In this document: in pieces, positions 20,847 to 28,699 of the stretch
Layout: the number at the start of each line of letters is the position of its first letter
How positions within the stretch are numbered: the stretch's first letter is position 1
Source of the DNA: Desulfobacteraceae bacterium
Lineage (GTDB): Bacteria; Desulfobacterota; Desulfobacteria; Desulfobacterales; JACKCP01
Assembly: GCA_050253255.1 (NCBI GenBank)
Contig: JBFWJK010000001.1
Coordinates: forward strand, 2,165-66,164
DNA: 64,000 nucleotides
Reading direction: 5' to 3'
The notes under the pieces: model-generated
Databases searched by the model: none
Told to the model about the DNA's origin: nothing
What the model saw: the letters and a program-made list of their open reading frames with translations, nothing else
Translations under genes and position numbers: made by a program

Positions 20847-21815
20847 TTAAAAGTCAGGTGTTTCCTTCATGTCAGGAGGATCAAGCAGAGAAGGTTTTAT
20901 TTTTTTTATTTTCTTAAGAAGATCATCTGAAATTCTTGAGTTGTAAAATGAAAATACATTTTTTATCTGGTCTTCATCAAAACCTATGGCATCTTTTAAA
21001 TTTGAGTTCTGAAAATCCGTATTTTCCAGATCTGCCATATCAAAATCGGCTCTTTCAAGATCTGCCCCGGAAAAAACAGAATTTTTTAAACTCGAATTTA
21101 CAAAAGACGAATTGTTCATTTTTGAATCTGTAAAATCTGTTTCCGAAAGATCAGTTTCTATCATAACACAATTCATCATATTTGAGTTTCTTATATTACA
21201 GTTTGAAAGATCAGCCTTCCAGAAATATGCATCTTTTACGTCAGCTCCTGAAAGATTTGAAAATGAAAGATTTGCATCTTCAAAATTTCCCTTTGAAAGA
21301 TTTGAAAACCTCAGATCGGCCCAGCTTAAATCAGCCCCCCATGCATAGCATCCTGAAAGATTACTGTTTCTCAAATCCATATTTCTCAAAAAACAATTGC
21401 TTATATCTATTGAACTTACTCCGAAACTGTTGAGTCTTCTTAAATTTCCCCTTATTCTTCTCGAAGCTTCTTCGCTGTTCCATCCCCTGAAATCATCTAT
21501 TTCATCCTGGTATCTTCTTTTTTCAACCTTGTTTTTCCCTTTCTGCTGAAGCCAGAAAATAACAACACCAAGCATGAAAATATCAAACACAACACCATGG
21601 GCTTCTACCATCAGATCCCTTAAAAAACCTACATTATAAAAATCATAATAAAAAGTCAGTCCTGTTACAAAAAAAAGCGCAAAAACAAAAACAAAACCTG
21701 TTATAAGTATGGGATTTGTAATTATTCCTTCATATACATGATAGATATTTTTTATTCTTTCTGTCTGAAAAATAATTATAAGTAATTTAACTAAGCGATT
21801 TTTTCTTTTTATCAT
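20847..21815 (-). CDS. Membrane-anchored pentapeptide-repeat protein
   Basis: 322 aa. N-terminal TM helices followed by ~35 A(D/N)LxX pentapeptide repeats (DLRNSNLSGCYAWGADLSWADLRFSNLSKGNFEDANLSFSNLSGADV...). Confidence 0.85.
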   Translation of the reverse strand: MIKRKNRLVKLLIIIFQTERIKNIYHVYEGIITNPILITGFVFVFALFFVTGLTFYYDFYNVGFLRDLMVEAHGVVFDIFMLGVVIFWLQQKGKNKVEKRRYQDEIDDFRGWNSEEASRRIRGNLRRLNSFGVSSIDISNCFLRNMDLRNSNLSGCYAWGADLSWADLRFSNLSKGNFEDANLSFSNLSGADVKDAYFWKADLSNCNIRNSNMMNCVMIETDLSETDFTDSKMNNSSFVNSSLKNSVFSGADLERADFDMADLENTDFQNSNLKDAIGFDEDQIKNVFSFYNSRISDDLLKKIKKIKPSLLDPPDMKETPDF

Positions 21816-21914
21816 CTATTTTCTTCTTTATAGTTTGAAATTAAAATAAATATTGTATTTTATAATATTAACCTATATTGTGTACTGCTTTTAATTTAAC
21901 AAAAAGAGAAGGTT

Positions 21915-22229
21915 ATGAAAGAACTTAAAAATTTTCAGAAAAAGTATCTAAAAGGGCTGGCACACAATCTAAAACCCGTCGTTTTTTTAGGCCAGAACGG
22001 CGTTACACTTAATTTTCTCGAATCTGTAAACCAGGCTCTTGAAAAACACGAACTTATAAAAATAAAATTCATTGATTACAAAGAAAAAGAATTTAAAACT
22101 AAAATATGCGAATCAATAGTTAAGGAAACAAAGGCTTATTATGTATCTCTTATAGGTCATACTCTTATTTTATACAGAAAAAGCAGCGACGAAAAAAACC
22201 GTAAAATAAAACTTCCGCAAAACGAATAA
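21915..22229 (+). CDS. yhbY: YhbY/CRM-domain RNA-binding protein
   Basis: 104 aa. LKGLAHNLKPVVFLGQNGVT...HELIKIKF matches the YhbY family. Confidence 0.8.
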   Translation: MKELKNFQKKYLKGLAHNLKPVVFLGQNGVTLNFLESVNQALEKHELIKIKFIDYKEKEFKTKICESIVKETKAYYVSLIGHTLILYRKSSDEKNRKIKLPQNE

Positions 22230-22253
22230 TATAATCTGAATTGAGAAGATAAC

Positions 22254-22841
22254 TCAATTCAGATGCTGCTCTTTTTTATACCTGAAATAGTATGAATTCA
22301 CTTTTTTTATATAATTTCTGGTTTCTGAAAACGGCGGAATTCCGTTATATCTGCTGACGTTTCCAGGTCCTGCATTATATGCTGCAAGAGCAAGATTTAC
22401 GTCGCCTTTATATATATCCAAAAGTTTTTTCAGGTATTTTGAACCGGCCATTATGTTTTCTGAAGGGTCAAAAGGGTTTTTTACCTTGTATTTTTTTATC
22501 ACCGAAGGCATCAGCTGCATCAGACCCTTTGCTCCTTTTTTTGAAACAGCATTTTTTATAAAACTTGATTCAGCTTTAATAACAGCCTTTATAAGTTCCT
22601 TTTCAACAGAAGTCACTACAGAAACGTATTTCAAAATATTGTTAAGATGAGTATCCGTAACAAAAAATCCGTATCCATCTTTTGAATCCGACTCCTTCAT
22701 GTAAAATTTATAATCAGGTGATGTCGGAGTATTTGTAAAAGACAGAATTCCGTTTTCATCCACATAAACATAAATATCCGAATATGCCTGTGAATAAATT
22801 ATCAACATAAAAAAAACAATAAAATACAAACACTTAACCAT
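22254..22841 (-). CDS. Lytic transglycosylase (SLT domain)
   Basis: 195 aa. Signal peptide, then ESSF...[10 protein letters not shown]...[13 protein letters not shown] catalytic motifs. Confidence 0.85.
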   Translation of the reverse strand: MVKCLYFIVFFMLIIYSQAYSDIYVYVDENGILSFTNTPTSPDYKFYMKESDSKDGYGFFVTDTHLNNILKYVSVVTSVEKELIKAVIKAESSFIKNAVSKKGAKGLMQLMPSVIKKYKVKNPFDPSENIMAGSKYLKKLLDIYKGDVNLALAAYNAGPGNVSRYNGIPPFSETRNYIKKVNSYYFRYKKEQHLN

Positions 22842-22865
22842 TTTATAAACAACCTCTCCAAATAA

Positions 22866-25800
22866 TCAGAAAAACTTTAGCTGATTATCCCTTTTTACAC
22901 TATTTTTAATAATATTTTTAACAGTTTTTTTATTTTTCAGATTATCTTCTAGATCATTTAAAAAAACCGAAGGAGAAGTTTTTTCAGTTTTACCGAAAAA
23001 TTTAATCTGACCGGGTCTTAAAACATAAAGTCTTTGTTTTGCTCTGGTAAGACCTACATAAAAAAGTCTTCTTTCTTCATCTGATTTTTCTGACTCACCA
23101 TTTTTTATAAAAGGAATATTTCCGTTAAAACAGTTCGGAATAAAAACAGCTTCAAATTCAAGTCCTTTTGAAGCATGAAGAGTCATAAGCCTCACCTTTT
23201 CACCTTTGATTCCAATATCTGATATTTTCATAAGTTTAATTTTTGTCAAAAAATCACTTATACCACTAAATTCATTAGAAAATTTAACAATATAATCAAT
23301 TTTATCCATAAACGAATAATCTTTTTTAAATTTCTCAAGATCAGTATTTTCCATAAGATAATAAATTATTTCATTAATTTTTTTGTTCTCTGCATCAACT
23401 CTTATTTTATTTAATTTATTATAAATTTTTTCATTTACTCTAATATTTTCCTCAATATTCATAATCTCATTTTTTATGTTAAAAGGTCTTAAAACAAGAT
23501 CTGAAATATCAGGCTCCCTAACAATCATTTTCAAGTATGAAAAAAGTTTTTTAAGACCTGTTTCTTCACTTAAATTTTTTTCATTAATACTGGAAAAAGG
23601 AATGGAATTTTCTTCCAGAACAGATGAAATTACAGACATTTCCTTTTTTGTTCTGCATAAAACTGCAATATCAGAAAATGAAAAACTGCTTATATCCTTG
23701 AAGTTTTTTTTGTAGGTAATTAAAGAGTCAGTTCCTCCCACAAGATTTTGAATTTCATCTGCTATAAATTTAGCCTGGAGTTTTTCAGAATCTGACACAA
23801 TAATATTTATAAATTTTTCACCTTTGATGCCGGAATAGACCTTATTTCTTTTATTTTCAGAATCAATTTTTTCTATTACCTGAAAAGAGGCATCAATGAT
23901 TGTCTCACTTGATCTGTAGTTTTTTACAAGATTAATTTTTTCAACATCTTCAAAATCTTTTGAAAACCTTGTTATAAAGTCAGTCAAAGCACCTCTGAAT
24001 CCATATACAGACTGATCAGGATCTCCTATAGCGAATACAGAAGAAGAATTGTCTGTTAATTTTTTTATTATTTCGTACTGAATTTCATTGAGATCCTGAT
24101 ATTCATCTATTAAAAAGCAATTGTATTTTTTCTTTACCAAATTTCTAAATTCTTCATTTTCATTTTTTTTGAGAAAATTTATCAAAATATCATCATAATC
24201 TATTAAATTATTTATTCTTTTTATTTGTTCATATTTACTGATTATTTCATAAAAATCGTAATCTTTTTGTATAAAAAAATCAGATGACTGTTTTATTTTT
24301 GAAAGAAAGGCTTCCACTTCAGTGTATTTTGTTGTTTCAGAGTATTTTTTACAAAGATTTTTAAGAATATATTTTTTGGAAGTATCGTCTATAATATTGA
24401 AATCATTATCTTCTTCAAAACTTAATGCAAAACTGTGAAAAGTTCCTGTAAAAGGTTTTTTATCGTATTTCCTCTTTGCTATTCTTTCCTTCATTTCATT
24501 GGCTGCCTTTACTGTAAATGTTATTGCAGCAATATTTTCGGGATTGAATTTTTCTTTTTCACAAAGATGAAAAAATCTGTTTGTAAGACATGTTGTTTTT
24601 CCGGTTCCAGGACCTGCGGTTACGACAATATTTTTTGATTTTGAAGTAACAGCCTTTAACTGCTGGGTGTTAAGTTCTTTATTTTCAGTAATTTCTTTTT
24701 TTTCATCTTTTTTTTCATTGAAAAGATTTTTTGCTTTTGAAAAATGATCTTCATTTTTTTTATATTCAAAAACTTTTGAATCTTTATTTATTTTTTTGAA
24801 AAAGCTTTTCTGTCCTTTTGAAAGAAATGAATCCAGCTCCTTTTCATCGAAAATTTTTACCTTTCCAAATTCTCCGTCATATCCCGGGCTGATATTTAAA
24901 TTTTTATTTCTCATTCTTGATATTGCTTCAGATAAAAGAGGAATATCTGTCCTGTCCAGAATTTCCTTTTCACAGTTCCACAGAGCATCAAATTCTGAGC
25001 CTGCTTCTTTTATAACCTTTTCATAAAGAGACTGAACCTTTTTTGTATTGGGACCTGTTTTTGATATTTCTGACAATATATCTGTAAGAGGGACAATGCT
25101 CTTAAATGAAGGCGAGTCAATTTTTATCTGTTCAATATCCTTTCTGTCTGAAAGTTCAATTATCCTGTAATAAACACCAAGAGTTAGATTTTTACCGCAT
25201 ACAGGACAAATTCCCTTATTTTTTAATGTTTCCATCGGAGAAAGGCATATATTGCATTTTCTGTGGCCGTCAAAATGATATTTTCCCTCTTCAGGAAAAA
25301 ACTCATAGGTTCCCTTAAACCTGCTTTTATCCTTGTTTTTAAGAGCATTTTTCATTTCAAAAAAAGACATTTCACAGTCAAAAATATTTGCTTCTCTTCC
25401 AAGTTTTCCGGGTGAATGTGCATCGGAATTTGAAATAAGACTGTATTTATCGAGATCAGAAATAAAAAAATTCATGTCCGGGTCAGAAGAAAGTCCTGTT
25501 TCGAGAGCAAAAATTTCTGAGCTAAGATCTTCGTAGCATTCTTCTATTTTATCAAAGCCCGATTTTGATCCGAACAGCGAAAACCATGGAGTCCATATAT
25601 GTGCAGGAACAAGAAAACCCCTTTCATCTGTTTCAAGTACTATTTCAAGAAGATCCCTTGAATCAAGGCCAAGTATAGGCCTTCCGTCTGATTTTATGTT
25701 TCCTATTGCATCCAGTTTTGAATTGAATTTTTTCACTGATTCAAGTGACGGAAAATATACGAGGTTGTGAATTTTTCTTACTTTTCCGTTTTTTTTGTAA

Positions 25801-26093
25801 ATAGAGCTTATTTCAGCCTGAAGCATAAATCTTATTGTATGGTTAAAAGATTTGTTAACTTCATCCTTTAAATTTTTTTCAATATCTTTTTTTAATACAA
25901 AAAGACCTGAAGATTTATCCTCCAAAAGTTTTGATTCGAGCTCCTCAAACCATGCAGGATGTGTAAAATCACCTGTTCCGACAACGTTTATCCCTTTTTT
26001 TGAAGCATAAATATAATTTGTTTCAAGATCGGAATTTTTTGCTGTCGCCATTGAATATTTTGAATGTATGTGAAGATCTGCCAGAAATTTCAT
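22866..26093 (-). CDS. PHP-domain (endonuclease Q / TIGR00375-like) nuclease fused to a UvrD/PcrA-type SF1 helicase
   Basis: 1075 aa. aa 1-415 carry PHP motifs (DLHIHSKYS, GTGDFTHP, SNSDAHSP), a Zn ribbon (CNIC...CPVCG) and GYDGEFGKV. aa ~480-1060 carry helicase motifs: Walker A AGPGTGKT (aa 494-500), IDEYQD, MTLHASKGLEF and YVGLTRAKQRL. Confidence 0.85.
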   Translation of the reverse strand: MKFLADLHIHSKYSMATAKNSDLETNYIYASKKGINVVGTGDFTHPAWFEELESKLLEDKSSGLFVLKKDIEKNLKDEVNKSFNHTIRFMLQAEISSIYKKNGKVRKIHNLVYFPSLESVKKFNSKLDAIGNIKSDGRPILGLDSRDLLEIVLETDERGFLVPAHIWTPWFSLFGSKSGFDKIEECYEDLSSEIFALETGLSSDPDMNFFISDLDKYSLISNSDAHSPGKLGREANIFDCEMSFFEMKNALKNKDKSRFKGTYEFFPEEGKYHFDGHRKCNICLSPMETLKNKGICPVCGKNLTLGVYYRIIELSDRKDIEQIKIDSPSFKSIVPLTDILSEISKTGPNTKKVQSLYEKVIKEAGSEFDALWNCEKEILDRTDIPLLSEAISRMRNKNLNISPGYDGEFGKVKIFDEKELDSFLSKGQKSFFKKINKDSKVFEYKKNEDHFSKAKNLFNEKKDEKKEITENKELNTQQLKAVTSKSKNIVVTAGPGTGKTTCLTNRFFHLCEKEKFNPENIAAITFTVKAANEMKERIAKRKYDKKPFTGTFHSFALSFEEDNDFNIIDDTSKKYILKNLCKKYSETTKYTEVEAFLSKIKQSSDFFIQKDYDFYEIISKYEQIKRINNLIDYDDILINFLKKNENEEFRNLVKKKYNCFLIDEYQDLNEIQYEIIKKLTDNSSSVFAIGDPDQSVYGFRGALTDFITRFSKDFEDVEKINLVKNYRSSETIIDASFQVIEKIDSENKRNKVYSGIKGEKFINIIVSDSEKLQAKFIADEIQNLVGGTDSLITYKKNFKDISSFSFSDIAVLCRTKKEMSVISSVLEENSIPFSSINEKNLSEETGLKKLFSYLKMIVREPDISDLVLRPFNIKNEIMNIEENIRVNEKIYNKLNKIRVDAENKKINEIIYYLMENTDLEKFKKDYSFMDKIDYIVKFSNEFSGISDFLTKIKLMKISDIGIKGEKVRLMTLHASKGLEFEAVFIPNCFNGNIPFIKNGESEKSDEERRLFYVGLTRAKQRLYVLRPGQIKFFGKTEKTSPSVFLNDLEDNLKNKKTVKNIIKNSVKRDNQLKFF

Positions 26094-26140
26094 ATTATTA
26101 TTGCCTTATAAGCCTGTTATTATATATTCTTAATGTTTGT

Positions 26141-26211
26141 ACCTAAATTGGGTGTTTCATATTTTTAAATAGAAATTTTTTCAATTATTCAAGGTCTTTA
26201 TATTTAAAAAT
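26141..26211 (+). repeat. Copy b of the recurring intergenic element
   Basis: 55/71 ungapped identities with 62614-62684 by hand alignment, including a 25-nt core with two mismatches. It lies in the divergent region between the PHP-UvrD and RdgC-like genes. Confidence 0.55.
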
Positions 26212-26265
26212 CACTCAGTTCAGGCTGTGTCTAATAATCGTACTCACCTGTAAAAGGAGTTAACC

Positions 26266-26886
26266 ATGGGTCTTCTAACCTCAACATCTTCCTTTTTAAG
26301 ATATAAGATTGATGATGAATCACAAGAACTTTCTTTGGAAAAAATAAGACTCTGTCTTAAAGAAAACCAGTTTCCAGAAATTGCAGATTCAGAAATATCA
26401 GAACCTGTTTCAGGATGGACAAGCTATGAAAATCATTTTGATCCAGACTTTGAATCAGACCATATAAAATATGGGAATTATATAGTTTTCTGTTTAAGAA
26501 TAGATAAAAAATCAGTTCCTAAAAAAATAATTGACAAACACATGGTCCTTGAATCAAAAAAAATAATGCAGGAAACAAACAAGGATTATCTTTCAAAAAA
26601 TGAAAAAAGAAAATTAAAAGAAGATATTCTTTTAAGACTGAGCCTTCAGATGCCTTCTGTTCCGGACGTTTATGATGTTTTATGGATGCCTGAAAAAAAG
26701 GAGGTTATTTTTTTTACCACCCAGAAGAGCGTTAATGAAATTTTTGAAACACTTTTCAGACTTACATTCAAAACTTCAATTGTTCGTCTTTTCCCATACA
26801 CAAGGGTTTATTTCGATGACGGTATTTCTGATGTTAAAAAAGATTTATTTTACTCTTCATCACATATAAATATTCAGGAGTCTTAA
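26266..26886 (+). CDS. RdgC-like recombination-associated protein, N-terminal part
   Basis: 206 aa. Recalled co-linear similarity to the E. coli RdgC N-terminal two thirds (FLRYKI / GWTS / CLRIDKKSVPKKII...KLKEDILLRL...IFFTTQKSVNEIFETLFRLTF). It ends at TAA 26884-26886. Confidence 0.6.
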   Translation: MGLLTSTSSFLRYKIDDESQELSLEKIRLCLKENQFPEIADSEISEPVSGWTSYENHFDPDFESDHIKYGNYIVFCLRIDKKSVPKKIIDKHMVLESKKIMQETNKDYLSKNEKRKLKEDILLRLSLQMPSVPDVYDVLWMPEKKEVIFFTTQKSVNEIFETLFRLTFKTSIVRLFPYTRVYFDDGISDVKKDLFYSSSHINIQES

Positions 26887-27429
26887 ATGATAGATATTGC
26901 TGTTGCATACAACAAATACAAATTTGCAGGTTTTGAATTTTTGACATGGCTCTGGTTTGTAACTGAAACAAAACCTGGAATAATTGAAGATATTTCACCT
27001 GAAATTAAAGATTTCTCTATAAATGATAAAATTGTAATTGAAAATTTCAAAGAGGATTCAACAGAAAAAATAACTATAAACGGTGACAAGGCCAACCTTG
27101 ATGAAGGAATCCTTGCAATCAAGAAAGGAGCTCTTGTTACAGAGCTTAAAATTATTTTTAAGACAGGAGATGATATTGAGGTAAAATCTCTTATAAAAGG
27201 TGAAAGTCTCGATATTTCAGGATTCAATGTTTTAAAATACAAATTTTCAACTGCACCTGAGGAAATTGAAGGATCTGTGATTGAAAAGGTATACTTTTTA
27301 GAGTTATTGACAAACCTTGTTGATAAACTTTTCCAGAAATTCATTTTACTAAGAATTTCAGACGAATGGAAAAATGGTGAATTGTCAAAAATAAGTCAGT
27401 GGATTGAAAAAAGAACCGGTAGTTATTGA
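26887..27429 (+). CDS. RdgC-like protein, C-terminal part (separate ORF, same frame as upstream ORF)
   Basis: 180 aa. The ATG directly follows the upstream TAA, in frame. GFEFLTWLWF and later blocks loosely resemble the RdgC C-terminal third. Weaker call. Confidence 0.45.
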   Translation: MIDIAVAYNKYKFAGFEFLTWLWFVTETKPGIIEDISPEIKDFSINDKIVIENFKEDSTEKITINGDKANLDEGILAIKKGALVTELKIIFKTGDDIEVKSLIKGESLDISGFNVLKYKFSTAPEEIEGSVIEKVYFLELLTNLVDKLFQKFILLRISDEWKNGELSKISQWIEKRTGSY

Positions 27430-27560
27430 CATAAAAAAATTGGTTATAAAAAAAGTTCAAATTTTAATAAATTTATTGTAAATAAAATAGCAAATAAAAA
27501 CAAAGATTTAAAAGACTAATAGACAAGTTGACAAACCATATAAATAAAAGGTTTTAAAAT

Positions 27561-28682
27561 ATGAAAATAAAAATAGAAAAGAACAGAATAAAAAAGGTAC
27601 TTGAAAAAATACAGGGAATGACAAGTCAGAAAACTTCTCTTCAGATAACAAAAAATGTAATTATAGAAACTGTCTCTGATAAGGAAATTTCTGTTAAAGC
27701 AACTGATCTTACATCTGAATATTTCTGTACTATGGAAGCTGAAGTTGAAACTAAAGGTGTAATTGCAGTTAACTCAAAAAAATTTTTTGATATTGTCAAA
27801 TATTTTCCCGAAGATTTTATTCCTGTTGAAGAAATTGATTTTCAATGGATTAAAATTGGAACAGAAGATGTTTTTTTTCATCTGGTTGGAGCATCACCTG
27901 AAGATTTTCCAGGCATATCTTTGAAATTTGATTCTGATTTTTTTGAAACAGATTCAGTTTCATTTAAAAAAATGATTGGAGCAGGAAATTCAATACATCC
28001 TGAGGCAAATGAGCTGAGATCATTTATTTTGGGTATAAATATTTCTTTTTTAAACATGGATAACTCCTCCTCTCTTAAGATGTTTTCCACAGATACAAAA
28101 AGAATTGTAAAAACAGAAATTAGAAGTGAATCTTTAATCCCTGATGAACTTAATTCAAAATCAGTTCTTCTTCCTAAAAAAGTTATTCCTGATTTGATAA
28201 AATTTATTGACGAAGAAAAGGTAAAAATAAGTTTTACACCTGAATTATTAACTGTTAATCAGGATAGAGAATTTTATTCTGTCAATCTTCTTGAAGGAGA
28301 TTTTCCTGACTGCAGCGGTCTTATAGTTCCCGATGAACAGTATGGAATAGAAATAGATAAATATATTTTAAACGATATTCTTCAGAGGGTATCTATAGTT
28401 GCTGATGATAAGACCCCTATCGTTTTTTTTAAATTTTCAGACAATACTCTTACAATAGCCTCCAGCAACCCCGAACTTGGCGAAGCAAAAGAATCAACCG
28501 GAATAGTTTTCGAAAGAGAAGGTTTTGAAACAGCTTTCAATGCAAGATATATTCTGGATATACTGAAGGATATTCAGGATGATTCCATAATACTTTATTT
28601 GAAAAATAAAGATACTCATTGTATTATTAAGGGCTTGGAAAATACAGATTATGCAGCGGCCATAATGCCCATAAAAATTTAA
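27561..28682 (+). CDS. dnaN: DNA polymerase III beta sliding clamp
   Basis: 373 aa with three-domain clamp length and pattern (ITKNVIIET..., LLEGDFPD, NARYILDILK, AAIMPIK). Confidence 0.93.
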   Translation: MKIKIEKNRIKKVLEKIQGMTSQKTSLQITKNVIIETVSDKEISVKATDLTSEYFCTMEAEVETKGVIAVNSKKFFDIVKYFPEDFIPVEEIDFQWIKIGTEDVFFHLVGASPEDFPGISLKFDSDFFETDSVSFKKMIGAGNSIHPEANELRSFILGINISFLNMDNSSSLKMFSTDTKRIVKTEIRSESLIPDELNSKSVLLPKKVIPDLIKFIDEEKVKISFTPELLTVNQDREFYSVNLLEGDFPDCSGLIVPDEQYGIEIDKYILNDILQRVSIVADDKTPIVFFKFSDNTLTIASSNPELGEAKESTGIVFEREGFETAFNARYILDILKDIQDDSIILYLKNKDTHCIIKGLENTDYAAAIMPIKI

Positions 28683-28699
28683 ATATTTAAGGAAATAAA

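Noticed and set aside
20847-21815. Short tandem-like DNA repeats (…TTTGAAAGATCAG…/…CTGAAAGATT…) that could be mistaken for a repeat array
   Set aside because: They are fully explained by the coding pentapeptide repeats of the gene. There is no regular repeat-spacer structure.
26883-27344. 153-aa minus-strand ORF
   Set aside because: It is antisense to the 26887-27429 ORF. It has a Ser/Ile-rich composition typical of the reverse complement of an AT-rich coding frame, and the sense ORF fits the operon layout better.
27430-27560. DnaA-box cluster / oriC directly upstream of dnaN
   Set aside because: The region is very AT-rich, but I could not find TTATCCACA/TGTGGATAA or close variants. The only near matches seen in the window are inside asnS (~13826-13834) and at ~17093-17101 (TGTGGATCT). 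It is kept only as context in a finding.
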